Source of the DNA: Chloroflexota bacterium
Lineage (GTDB): Bacteria > Chloroflexota > Limnocylindria > Limnocylindrales > CSP1-4
Reading direction: 5' to 3'
NCBI GenBank assembly: GCA_003158675.1
Contig: PMKN01000064.1
Span: forward strand, 1-58,884
DNA length: 58,884 bases
The notes beneath the pieces were generated by a model. It had not been told where the DNA came from and did no database searches. It saw only the letters and a list, made by a program, of their open reading frames with translations. Position numbers and translations under genes: made by a program. The stretch's first letter is position 1. The number at the start of each line of letters is the position of its first letter. Below, piece after piece: positions 18,412 through 27,441 of the stretch.

Positions 18412-19431
18412 TTACTGAGCGGCCTGAACAGCGGTGATGGCAGCCACGTTCACGATGTCGACGGCATCGCAGCCACGCGAGAGGTCGTTCACCGGGCTGC
18501 ATAGACCCTGCAGCACGGGACCGAATGCCTTGGCCTTCGCGAGCCGCTCGGTCAGTTTGTAGGCGATGTTCCCAGAGTTGAGGTCGGGGAAGATGAGCAC
18601 GTTAGCCTTGCCGGCAACCGGACTGCCCGGTGACTTCTTCTTGCCGATCCAGTCGACGAGCGCCGCATCGGCCTGGAGTTCGCCGTCCAGGGCGATGTCG
18701 GGGCGCCGTTCCCTGGCGATCCGGGTCGCCTCGACGACCTTGTCGACGATCGGGTCTCTGGCGCTGCCCTTGGTCGAGAGCGAGAGCATCGCGACGCGAG
18801 GCTCGAACCCGAGGAGACTGCGCATGGTGTCCGCGCTCTGGATCGCGATTTCAGCCAGTTGCTCCGCATTGGGGTTGATGACGAGGCCGCAGTCGGCGTA
18901 GATGAACGCGCCATCCTCGCCGTATTCGCAGTCCGGAACGAGCATGACGAAGAAGGCCGAGACGAGGCCGCAATTGGGAGCGGTGCCGAGGACCTGCAGG
19001 GCCGGCCGAATAGTGTCGGCGGTGGAGTGGGTCGCCCCGGAGACCTGGCCGTCCGCCTCGCCCTCATGCACCATGAGGCAGCCGTAGAACAGCGGATCCA
19101 AGACCAGTTGCGCAGCCTTCTCCTCGGTCATCCCTTTGTGGCGGCGGAGATCGAGCAACGTCGCCGCGAATCTGTCGCGCTCCGGCGAGGTCGTAGGATC
19201 GACGATCCGGCAGCCGCTGAGATCCGCGCCGGCTTCCTTCGCGGCGGCCACGATCTTCCACTCCGGGCTCACGAGGACGACCTTGGCCAGGCCCTCGCGG
19301 ACGATCCGCTCGGCCGCGGTGACCGTCCGAACGTCGTCGGCCTCTGGCAGCACGACGGTCTTGTTCGCCGCACGTGCACGTGCGTAGACGGTCTCCATGA
19401 CGTTCGACTTCGGGGGATGGGCCGTACTCAT
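18412..19431 (-). CDS. pta: Phosphate acetyltransferase
   Basis: VVLPE, YADCGL, RVAMLSLSTKGS, DGELQADAA, ANVLIFPDLNSGNIAYKL, NDLSRGC. Confidence 0.95.
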   Translation of the reverse strand: MSTAHPPKSNVMETVYARARAANKTVVLPEADDVRTVTAAERIVREGLAKVVLVSPEWKIVAAAKEAGADLSGCRIVDPTTSPERDRFAATLLDLRRHKGMTEEKAAQLVLDPLFYGCLMVHEGEADGQVSGATHSTADTIRPALQVLGTAPNCGLVSAFFVMLVPDCEYGEDGAFIYADCGLVINPNAEQLAEIAIQSADTMRSLLGFEPRVAMLSLSTKGSARDPIVDKVVEATRIARERRPDIALDGELQADAALVDWIGKKKSPGSPVAGKANVLIFPDLNSGNIAYKLTERLAKAKAFGPVLQGLCSPVNDLSRGCDAVDIVNVAAITAVQAAQ

Positions 19432-19633
19432 ACTGCCGCCTTCATATGCTGCTCGGGGCCTGCGCCCGTGGTACGAGCAGTCCGTACCGGATGGCGCTGC
19501 GGGAGCGTCAGCGATCTTGATACGAGCTTCCGCGATGCGGAGCCTCGTCGAGTAGGGCCAATGGGCGCGCGATGCGGGCCGTAAGTCCCGAGTGGGGCGG
19601 ACGGGCGGGGGCCGAAAGACCAGGCCTGTGTGC

Positions 19634-19663
19634 ACCCCCGGTTCGCCGGGGGTTTTAGGCTTT
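19634..19663 (+). terminator. Intrinsic-terminator-like hairpin on + strand with no + gene upstream
   Basis: ACCCCCGG-TTCG-CCGGGGGT followed by TTTAGGCTTT. Confidence 0.55.
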
Positions 19664-19681
19664 GCGGCTAACGAAATTCGG

Positions 19682-20206
19682 CTACTGGCTCTGGCGCGCT
19701 CGATCCGCCGGTACGGGTCGCTGCCGCCGCCCGCCTGCCGCTCGGGGCCGGATCTGGTCCGCCCGCAGAACAGTGCAGCCGGACCTGCCGTCGATCTCCC
19801 AGGCATCCGTTGCGACAGCCGCGAAGACAGTCACCTGGATAGGGCGGCGTGGCGAGTCGTTGCGGCGGCCCGCGGGGCGCGAAACCGGGCCGCTCACCGG
19901 CAACGGGCCGGCCACCCGGTGCAGTGCGTCCGTTCGCGGTTCGAAAGCCAACCGGAAGGCGCCGAACAGGCGGGCAAGGCCGGCCGTCGCGAGGCTGAGC
20001 GGAACGGTCGCCATCAGCGCCGCCGCGAGCAGATCGACCGCGCTTCCGCCGAAAGCGATGCGGTCGGACGGCAGCAACGTGGCCATCATCGGCGTGGCCA
20101 GCGCCACATATCCAAACATGGCGGCGACCGAGAGCCAGGCGATCCCGAGGACCGTCAGTTCGATCGGCCCCACCTGGCGGCTGGTTCGTAGCTTGGCCGG
20201 AGCCAT
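19682..20206 (-). pseudogene. Hypothetical membrane protein, possibly an internally deleted or degenerate gene
   Basis: Two clear TM segments, then low-complexity sequence with a short protein-like patch QVTVFAAVATDAWEIDGRSGCTVLRADQI. Confidence 0.35.
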
Positions 20207-20557
20207 CGCACGTGTCACGGTGCAATCTTGCTCTCTCCGCGCAGTCGCGGCACTAGGTCCGGTGACCAGTTGCCTGGAGTCACCGGCCACGGCGAGCGGT
20301 GCCTGCGCGCACCGCTCCATCGGGTTTGTGTCCGAATGGTCTATCGGGACATTCAGACGATGACAGGAGCGGTTGGGTGTGGTCTGGAGTGGTATATCTG
20401 ACCAGGCAGCCCGGGCGCTTCAAGGTGCCCTGAGAGGTTGGTTGGCAGACAGCCTTGGCCTGGTCCTGGGTGCCATTACACCCGTACCATTGCTCGCTCC
20501 CCCCGGCCGTCCCATTGTCCAAAGCGGACGGGGCTCGTGTGTTCACGGAGGTTCGGT

Positions 20558-22708
20558 TTGTCGGGACGGCGCCACGCAGAGACTTACGCCACATGGCTGT
20601 TGGCGTTCCCTGTCGCGCTGCTCATGCTCGTCCTGGCAGTCGGCACCGCCGCAGCCCACCCTCCAGGTCATCTGTCCGACCCTTCCGTTTCGGTGCGCCA
20701 GATCCAAGCGGGCGACGCCATCGCGCTGGGAATCACCTACACGGATGCCGGCGGCGCTGCGCCTCGCTCGGTGGTGGCTCAGGTCGGCGACATTCGCGCG
20801 GCCATGACCGCCGGCTCTGGTGCCTTTAGCACCGGAGTTCGTTACACGGTGTCGATAACTCCAGCGCCGGGCTGGCAGGCCGTCGTCATCCGGGCGACTG
20901 ATTCTGGAGGTCACGACGAGGACCTCTGGGCAGGCCAGATCCTCGTGAAGGCTCCCAAGCCAAACCCGACCCCGACGCTGGGCCCAACTGCAACTCCCAA
21001 ACCGGAGCCCACGGCAACGCCGCGGCCCACGCCCACGCAGTTCCAAGGAACGGACGGGGGTACCGGAACCAGCGGTCAGAACGACGGCGGATCCGGCTTG
21101 AACGCCGCCAGCCCAACGCCCGCCGACAACGGCGGATCGTCCGACGTGGGCGCTAGCCCGGCACCGGCCGAAGCCACCACTCCGGCACCGGCCGAAGCCA
21201 CCACTCCGGCACCGGCCGAAGCCACCACTCCGGCACCGGGCGCAGCCACGACTCCGGCACCGGAAGGCGCCACAACTCCTGCCCCTCGCGCCGCAACGAC
21301 GCCTGTCCCTCGCGCCGCAACGACCCCGGCGCCCCATCCCGCGACGACCCCGGCACCCCACGCAGCCACGACTGCCGTCCCCGGAGCGGTCACGACATCC
21401 GGTGGCGGTGCCGCCGCGACGCCCGACGGAGCCGATCCCCAGGCCTCGACCGATCTCGCCGCGGATCTCGGCATTGGCACCGGCCAGCAGTCCGATCAGG
21501 CCGGCGGGCCAAGTTCGACCGGCAACGTGGCCGGCGGTCAAGTTGAGGAGACTCGCGGCGCGATCGCCGTTGGTGCGCGACCGGTCCCTGCCGACCTTCT
21601 GGCGCCGTATCGCCACACCTCGCTGCCTCAGCTACTCCGTGAGTTGGCGCCGACCATTGGCACGGCAACGGCCGGCGGAGCGGCCTGGGCTGCCTTCGTG
21701 CTCTTTGGCAAGCGCCGTCGCGACGGTGACGAGTCCGAGTCCGGTTCTCTGCAGGCCGCAGCTGCGGACGCGGGTGTGAACATGGCAGCGGCCGATGGGC
21801 TGGCGGAGGTCGATGAGTCGCAGCTCCCGCGCTGGCGACGGCCCTCGCTGCAGCAGGTTCGCCGAACCGATCCGCTGCGTGCCGTGGCAAATGAGCCGCA
21901 CCTCTCGTTCGAGTCCGCCGGCGTTCGTCCGCTCGAGAGCTACGAGCGCCGCGAGATCCGCTACCGACTGGTCCGCCTGCTCGACGGTCCGGACGAGGTC
22001 CGGGCTTCTGAGATCGGCATCCTGGATCGCGGCGACGAGGTTCAGCTACTCGAGCGCCGGGGCGTCTACTGGCGGATCCTGTGCCCCGACGGGCGCGCCG
22101 GCTGGATACATCGAATGACTCTTGGCAACCCCGCTTCGGAGGCCGAGGAAGAGGCTTCGACGCACTCGCAGGCCGCCTACGAAGCCCCGTTCGTGGCCGA
22201 GCTGGACGCTGCCAACGGTCGACCGCCTGCGTCCAAGACGGAGTCCGAAATGGCGGCCGCAAGTCAGGACGAGGCATCTGACGGGCTGCTGGAGGCCTAC
22301 ATGCGGGCCCGCAGCGGACTGCGCCAGGGCGAAGCGGTGGCTCAAGAAGCCCTGGCTGCGCAGGCCGATCCGGTTGTGTCTCGACCTCGGCGCCGGGCCA
22401 AGACTCGTCCTGCGGCGCCGACTGCCGCTCCGGCCGTGAGTCGAGCGCGCGACTGCCTGGAGAAGGCCGGGTTCGCCGTCCAGGGCCCCAAACCGCCAAC
22501 GGAACCGACCGTAGGGAAGGAGCCGGCGGTTGAGCGGGCGTCGGACCAGGTAGTCAACCTTTCGTCGGACCTGCCTGCAAGCGACGCTTCTCTCGCCGCA
22601 GAACCAGAACGTGTTGGTGACAAATGTTCGGAACGAAAGACCGCGGGTAGCCGTAAGGCCTCAAGCGGGACCCGGCCTGGTACCAGATCACGTCGCCCTT
22701 CACGGTGA
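20558..22708 (+). CDS. Exported/membrane-anchored protein with Pro/Ala/Thr stalk, TM anchor and cytoplasmic SH3-like domain
   Basis: TTG start after SD GGAGG; signal peptide ending AAA; repeat stalk; TM AWAAFVLFGKRRR; EIGILDRGDEVQLLERRGVYWRILCPDGRAGWIH. Confidence 0.7.
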   Translation: MSGRRHAETYATWLLAFPVALLMLVLAVGTAAAHPPGHLSDPSVSVRQIQAGDAIALGITYTDAGGAAPRSVVAQVGDIRAAMTAGSGAFSTGVRYTVSITPAPGWQAVVIRATDSGGHDEDLWAGQILVKAPKPNPTPTLGPTATPKPEPTATPRPTPTQFQGTDGGTGTSGQNDGGSGLNAASPTPADNGGSSDVGASPAPAEATTPAPAEATTPAPAEATTPAPGAATTPAPEGATTPAPRAATTPVPRAATTPAPHPATTPAPHAATTAVPGAVTTSGGGAAATPDGADPQASTDLAADLGIGTGQQSDQAGGPSSTGNVAGGQVEETRGAIAVGARPVPADLLAPYRHTSLPQLLRELAPTIGTATAGGAAWAAFVLFGKRRRDGDESESGSLQAAAADAGVNMAAADGLAEVDESQLPRWRRPSLQQVRRTDPLRAVANEPHLSFESAGVRPLESYERREIRYRLVRLLDGPDEVRASEIGILDRGDEVQLLERRGVYWRILCPDGRAGWIHRMTLGNPASEAEEEASTHSQAAYEAPFVAELDAANGRPPASKTESEMAAASQDEASDGLLEAYMRARSGLRQGEAVAQEALAAQADPVVSRPRRRAKTRPAAPTAAPAVSRARDCLEKAGFAVQGPKPPTEPTVGKEPAVERASDQVVNLSSDLPASDASLAAEPERVGDKCSERKTAGSRKASSGTRPGTRSRRPSR
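21158..21397 (+). repeat. In-frame 24-bp tandem repeat x10 encoding PAPxxATT
   Basis: CCGGCACCGGCCGAAGCCACCACT x3 exact, then 7 progressively diverged units. Confidence 0.95.
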
Positions 22709-23483
22709 AGCCGGTGCGTGTCGCTCGTTCGGCCAGGTCCGAACCGGTGAAGATGTAGCGCCCGCCCTGGTAGGCGTCCCGAACGATTACGGCCGCATAT
22801 CGCTCCGGTCGGAGGACGCGCTCGAGTTGCCGAAAGACACTCTCCATCCGATCGAGGAACGTCCCGTAGTCGGCGCTGTTGGCAAGGTCGCCAGGGTGGT
22901 CCGTGACCATCGAGTAGTCCGTCCGGCGGTTGGCGTGCTGCTCGGCGAGTTTCCCCCCGGCCATGGTGATCGGCAGCTGGATGTTGTAGGGCGGGTCGGT
23001 GGCGATGAAGTCGACGCTATCGGCCTCTATCTCGGGCAGCACGAGCATCGCGTCGCCCAGTCGCATCTCCAGCCCCGAGGCATCGAACGGGCGCTCGCCG
23101 CCTGGGTCGCTCGAGCCGATGTCGGCCAGCAGCGGGCCGAGTCCGCCACGCTCCGATACGAGGCGGCGAAGAAGCGATTCGTAGACCTCGACCCAGCGAG
23201 GCTCGATCTCGATTCCGATCGCCCGCCGGGGTCCGCGCGCGATCGCCGCTCCCAGCAGCGTCCCACCCACGCCGGCGAAAGGGTCGAGGACGAGCTCCCC
23301 ACTTGTCGTGAAGAACTCGATCAGTCGGGCCATGAGCCGAGGCGGCTTGTTGGCGCCGTGCTCCTTGCGGAGGTCGTGGCCGAGTTCGGAGGGGTAGGCG
23401 GTGCCCCAGACGGACTTGGTGAAGTACAGCCATTCCTCCCCGGTGAGTTCGTTGAGCGTGTTGCCGGGGTGTCGTGGACTCAT
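22554..23483 (-). CDS. Orphan amino-methyltransferase (N4-C/N6-A type), circularly permuted motif order
   Basis: HGANKP and VLDPFAGVGGT (SAM-binding) precede TDPPYN; then RVLRP and DVIWY; no adjacent endonuclease. Confidence 0.82.
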   Translation of the reverse strand: MSPRHPGNTLNELTGEEWLYFTKSVWGTAYPSELGHDLRKEHGANKPPRLMARLIEFFTTSGELVLDPFAGVGGTLLGAAIARGPRRAIGIEIEPRWVEVYESLLRRLVSERGGLGPLLADIGSSDPGGERPFDASGLEMRLGDAMLVLPEIEADSVDFIATDPPYNIQLPITMAGGKLAEQHANRRTDYSMVTDHPGDLANSADYGTFLDRMESVFRQLERVLRPERYAAVIVRDAYQGGRYIFTGSDLAERATRTGFTVKGDVIWYQAGSRLRPYGYPRSFVPNICHQHVLVLRREKRRLQAGPTKG

Positions 23484-23631
23484 GGCACGAGCCTACCAGG
23501 CGCGACGCGTCCGCTCCTGGCCACTACGAAATCGGTACCCAGGAAGTCGCCGCTTCAGGGTACGCTTGGGGGGCCGAGGGGATCGGCCGGGCGTCGGGGC
23601 AGACGGCGCTGTTACGGGGTTTGTCAAGGCC

Positions 23632-26600
23632 ATGGTGAACAGCATGGGTCGTAGCGGCCCCCACGGCTCCGAAGGACGCTCTGTCCACCGCAAGCTGTGG
23701 AGCCAGCGTTTCGTTGGCCGCGAGCGGCAGTTGGAACGAATCGCGGTCGGACTCGAGAGCGCCGCCGACGGCCAGCCCAATGCGCTGATTCTCTCGGGAA
23801 CGGCGGGCCTCGGCGTCAGCCGCCTTCTGACGGAGACGAGGCGTCGAATCGAGTCTCTGGCGGAGCCGTTCGCGGTAGTCCATGGCGTCGCTCTGCCGGC
23901 CGCGTCCGGGGTGCCGTACGCGCCCATCGCCGCTGCCCTCGAACGCCTGCTGGTCCCCATGCCGGACGAAATCATCGCCTCGTTGGTCGGTCCAACAGGC
24001 GACGCCATCGCCCGCCTGGTGCCGGAGTTACGACCCAGGCTGGCGGCTCTCGGGGTTCTGCCGGCCCGGCCTCCGATCGTCGCCACCGAGTGGCGCGAGG
24101 CGCGCATGTTCGAGGCGGTTCTCGGCTTGCTGGAGCGGCTCGGCGCACAGCAGCCAGTCGCGGTCCTGCTCGAGGACTTGCACCATGCGGATGCGGCGAC
24201 GCGCGGCCTCGCGACTTTCCTGGCCCGGGTGTCACGCGGCCAGCGGGTCACGCTCGTCCTGACCTACCAGCCGGATACGCTGGTGCGCTCCCATCCCCTG
24301 CGGGCAACTCTCTCCGCGCTGGCCACAACGCCTTCGGTCGTCAGTGCCGAGGTCAACCCCTTGGACCGCGGTGAGCTGAGCCAGTTGATCGATGCCATCG
24401 AGGGCGGCCGGCCTTCCTCGACTACCCTGCTGCTGGTCGCCGAGCGGTCGCGCGGCAACCCTCTGGTGGCCGAGGAGCTGCTTGCAGCCCGCCGCGAATT
24501 GTCCGGTGTGTCGCTCGCCGGATCGTTCGAGCGGCTCGTGACGGCCCGGTCCGCTCTTCGCTCTCCGGAGTGCCGGCGAGTGCTGCGTTTGCTTTCCCTG
24601 GCTGGAACTCCCGTCTCGATGCCCACGCTCATGGCCATGGCCATGGAGTTCGAGCGGCGTGCGACGGCGCGGCCGCCACGGTCCGCGTACGGTTCGCGCA
24701 AGGGAGAAGGCCTGGATTCGGACGTCGCGGCCGGCACCGCCGAGGGCATCGAGCACGGCTTCCTCGTCGAGGAGGCGGACGGCAGGCTCCTGGGCCAGGG
24801 TCGTGAGATGCGCGTCCGGTTCCGTCACGAGCTGATAGCCGAGGCGATCGCTGCGGATCTGCTGCCAGCGACGAAGCGGCGCTACCACGCGGCACTGGCG
24901 GTGGCCGGGCGAGGGGAGGGCACGCCCCAGGGCCAGCCACCCGAGCCTGCCACTGCCCTGGTCCACCACCTGGCGGCGCACCAGTTGACCGAGGCCGAGC
25001 AGACGGCGCTGGCCTCGGCCGCCGCCGCCGAGGGGCTCGATGCCGGGGCTGATGCCCTCGCCCACTACGAGCAAGCGCTTTCTCTATACGAGATCGTTCC
25101 CCAGGAGGAGGGCGCGCCTCAACTACCCGACCTGTACGTTCGTGCGGCGGAGGCGGCGTTCGCGGCCGGTGATCCGGCGCGAGCCGAAGCCTACAGCGAG
25201 GCGGCGGCCGCCCATCTCGACGATCCCCGCGAGAGGCTGGCGCTCGGGCTCGTGATGGCGCAGCTCGGCCGCTACCGACGCGCCTCCGGCGACTACGAGG
25301 GTTCTCTCGCTGCTTACAAACGCGCCGTCGATCTCGTGCCACGCGAGCCGACGGCCGCCCGAGCGCGAGTTCTGGCCTCGCTGGCCCAGTTCCGCATGCT
25401 CGAAGGAGTGTTCTCCGAGGCCAAGCGCTATGCGCAAGAGGCGGTCGACGTGGCCCGGACAGTTGGCGACCCAGCTCGCCAGGAGCTGCTCCACGCCACC
25501 TGCACGCTTGCCGTGGCAGAAGCCTGGGGCGATAACCCGGACCCCGCAGTCGAGATGCTCCGCCGTACCCGCGACGAGGCCGCCGCGCTGGGCCGGTTGG
25601 ACGATCTGTTCCGGGTATACGCGAACCTGACCACCGTCCTGGACTTGCTGGGCCGCCGAGAGGAGGCGATAGCCATCGCCTTCGAAGGCATCGCCGAGGC
25701 GGAACGGGCAGGCCAGGCGACCGTGTACGGCAACTTCCTGCGGGCCAATGCCTCCGAGTCCCTCTACTTCATGGGCCGCTGGCACGAATCGCGGCGCCTT
25801 TGTCTGGATGCGCTGAGCTGGAACCCGGTCGGCATCGGGTTCCTTTCGCCACTGCTCAACCTGGCCACGGTCGAGGTGGCGATGAGCGCGGGCGAGTCCG
25901 CCGGACGCTTGCTCGGGCAGGTCCTGCTCGCGGTCGAGACCGTCCAGGACCCGCAATTCGCCGTCCCGGCCCAGCAGACCGCGGCGGCTTACGGGCTCTG
26001 GCAGGAGGACCTGGTGGACGCGCGTCGCGCCGCGGAACGCGGTTGGCAGAAGGTCAGCGACACCGAGGATTGGCTGCTCATGGCTCGCATGGCAGCGACG
26101 TGCCTGGAGGTCGACGCGACCATATCAACGGATGCCCACCGGCGCCGCGACCTCGGTGCTGTGGCGGCGGCCCGCGAAAGGAGCCTGCCGATCGTATTGC
26201 AGGCCGAAGCCGTAGTGAGGGCGTGTGGCGTTTCGCCCAGGCTCGGCTCCAGGCGCCAGGCGGATCTGGCGATCCGAGTCGCTCGGGCCTTCCGGGCGCG
26301 GATCGAGGGCCGCGACGACCCGGCCACGTGGTCCCAGCTGGCGACGGATTGGGCTGAATTGGGCGATCCGTATGAAGCTGCTCGGGCGCATTGGCGCGAG
26401 GCGGAAGCTCTCCTGGACAGGTCCCGAGGTCGATCCACGCGCCTCGTCGCCAGGGACCCGCTGGTTGCCGCGGCTGAAGGCGCCTACGCCCTGGGCGCGT
26501 GGCCGCTGCTTCGGGCCGTGGCAGAACTCTCGCGTCGGGCCATGCTTCCTCTCCCAAGATCCATCGAAACTGCTCTCGACGGGCGCCTGGGATCGGCTCC

Positions 26601-26976
26601 CGAATCGCCCCGGCAGCCGTCCGGCCGGCCGGCCTCGCCGCCGCCGGTTTCAAGCTGGCTGGGCCAGCCGGCCCCAATCCCCGGCTTCGGCTCGTCGGCC
26701 GGCGTCAGGCTCAGGCCGGGAACGGCCGTCGCGGCCGGATTTGCCGCGTCTGCGACCAAGCAGGTCCAGCACGGTTTCGGATTGAGCAAGCGAGAACTCG
26801 AGGTCTTGGCCCTCATTGCCGAAGGCCGCAGCAATCCCGAGATCGGGCGTCAGCTCTACATAACCCGCAAGACCGTTGCGGTGCACGTGAGCAACATCCT
26901 GACCAAGCTCGGAGTGTCAGGACGCGTAGAGGCGGCCGCCGCCGCAATCAGGCTTGGGCTCACCGAGCGCAGCTAG
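23632..26976 (+). CDS. LuxR-family large ATPase regulator (AAA/STAND + TPR-like + HTH)
   Basis: FVGRERQL, P-loop GTAGLGVS, Walker B LLEDLHHAD, RSRGNPL, C-terminal LSKRELEVL...GRSNPEIG...KTVAVHVSNILTKLG. Start 23632 or 23644. Confidence 0.9.
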   Translation: MVNSMGRSGPHGSEGRSVHRKLWSQRFVGRERQLERIAVGLESAADGQPNALILSGTAGLGVSRLLTETRRRIESLAEPFAVVHGVALPAASGVPYAPIAAALERLLVPMPDEIIASLVGPTGDAIARLVPELRPRLAALGVLPARPPIVATEWREARMFEAVLGLLERLGAQQPVAVLLEDLHHADAATRGLATFLARVSRGQRVTLVLTYQPDTLVRSHPLRATLSALATTPSVVSAEVNPLDRGELSQLIDAIEGGRPSSTTLLLVAERSRGNPLVAEELLAARRELSGVSLAGSFERLVTARSALRSPECRRVLRLLSLAGTPVSMPTLMAMAMEFERRATARPPRSAYGSRKGEGLDSDVAAGTAEGIEHGFLVEEADGRLLGQGREMRVRFRHELIAEAIAADLLPATKRRYHAALAVAGRGEGTPQGQPPEPATALVHHLAAHQLTEAEQTALASAAAAEGLDAGADALAHYEQALSLYEIVPQEEGAPQLPDLYVRAAEAAFAAGDPARAEAYSEAAAAHLDDPRERLALGLVMAQLGRYRRASGDYEGSLAAYKRAVDLVPREPTAARARVLASLAQFRMLEGVFSEAKRYAQEAVDVARTVGDPARQELLHATCTLAVAEAWGDNPDPAVEMLRRTRDEAAALGRLDDLFRVYANLTTVLDLLGRREEAIAIAFEGIAEAERAGQATVYGNFLRANASESLYFMGRWHESRRLCLDALSWNPVGIGFLSPLLNLATVEVAMSAGESAGRLLGQVLLAVETVQDPQFAVPAQQTAAAYGLWQEDLVDARRAAERGWQKVSDTEDWLLMARMAATCLEVDATISTDAHRRRDLGAVAAARERSLPIVLQAEAVVRACGVSPRLGSRRQADLAIRVARAFRARIEGRDDPATWSQLATDWAELGDPYEAARAHWREAEALLDRSRGRSTRLVARDPLVAAAEGAYALGAWPLLRAVAELSRRAMLPLPRSIETALDGRLGSAPESPRQPSGRPASPPPVSSWLGQPAPIPGFGSSAGVRLRPGTAVAAGFAASATKQVQHGFGLSKRELEVLALIAEGRSNPEIGRQLYITRKTVAVHVSNILTKLGVSGRVEAAAAAIRLGLTERS

Positions 26977-27078
26977 CTCGAGCTGTAGGTTCATGCCGCG
27001 CCGCCGGGACCCGCCTCCGCCGCCCATCCGCCTCACCGTCCGGCGGGCCGCGCCACCTGGTCGGGCGACCCAGACACG

Positions 27079-27111
27079 AAGAAACCCGGGCACGAGAGGC
27101 CCGGGTTTCTT
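27079..27111. terminator. Bidirectional intrinsic terminator
   Basis: AAGAAACCCGGG-N9-CCCGGGTTTCTT perfect 12-bp IR giving a TTTCTT tail on both strands. Confidence 0.8.
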
Positions 27112-27123
27112 GGAGTGGCCGGT

Positions 27124-27192
27124 CTACCAGCGCTTCCCCCAGACGATCACCAAAAGCGCCACCACGACCGGAGCCAGAACGTTGAGGTCCAC
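27124..27192 (-). CDS. 22-aa hydrophobic peptide MDLNVLAPVVVALLVIVWGKRW, Fst/Ldr type I toxin-like
   Basis: GTG start, SD AAGGAG upstream, TAG stop, terminator 13 nt downstream, own promoter. Below the ORF-track cutoff. Confidence 0.7.
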   Translation of the reverse strand: MDLNVLAPVVVALLVIVWGKRW

Positions 27193-27256
27193 CGCCGACT
27201 CCTTGATCTACTTGACCGGGAATCGCTGCCCCACTGGTTCGTGTGCAGCGTCGGCA

Positions 27257-27284
27257 AGGATACGCGTCTGCGCGCAATTCTCAA
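27257..27284 (-). promoter_or_regulatory. Sigma70-like promoter for the small peptide (TTGAGA-16-TATCCT)
   Basis: Minus strand TTGAGA attgcgcgcagacgcg TATCCT about 65 nt upstream of GTG. Confidence 0.55.
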
Positions 27285-27441
27285 TCGCACTTCCGTACGG
27301 AGGGTCAGTGCCGGACTCCGCCGCTCGGTACTAGGGCGGCGAAGGCAAATGGGGCAACGGTGCCCGCGGTTGGCCAGCCGAAGGGCACTTCATACCGGCG
27401 GTGCCGGAGAGGCAGGCGATCCGGCAGGCTGACTCCGGGTT

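Noticed and set aside
20423-20437. GGTGCCCTGAGAGG resembling the start of a TPP riboswitch
   Set aside because: Lacks the downstream ACCTGA...TAAT...GCG.AGG core and no thiamine gene follows.
21158-21397. Possible CRISPR array
   Set aside because: Head-to-tail in-frame repeats with no spacers and no cas genes.
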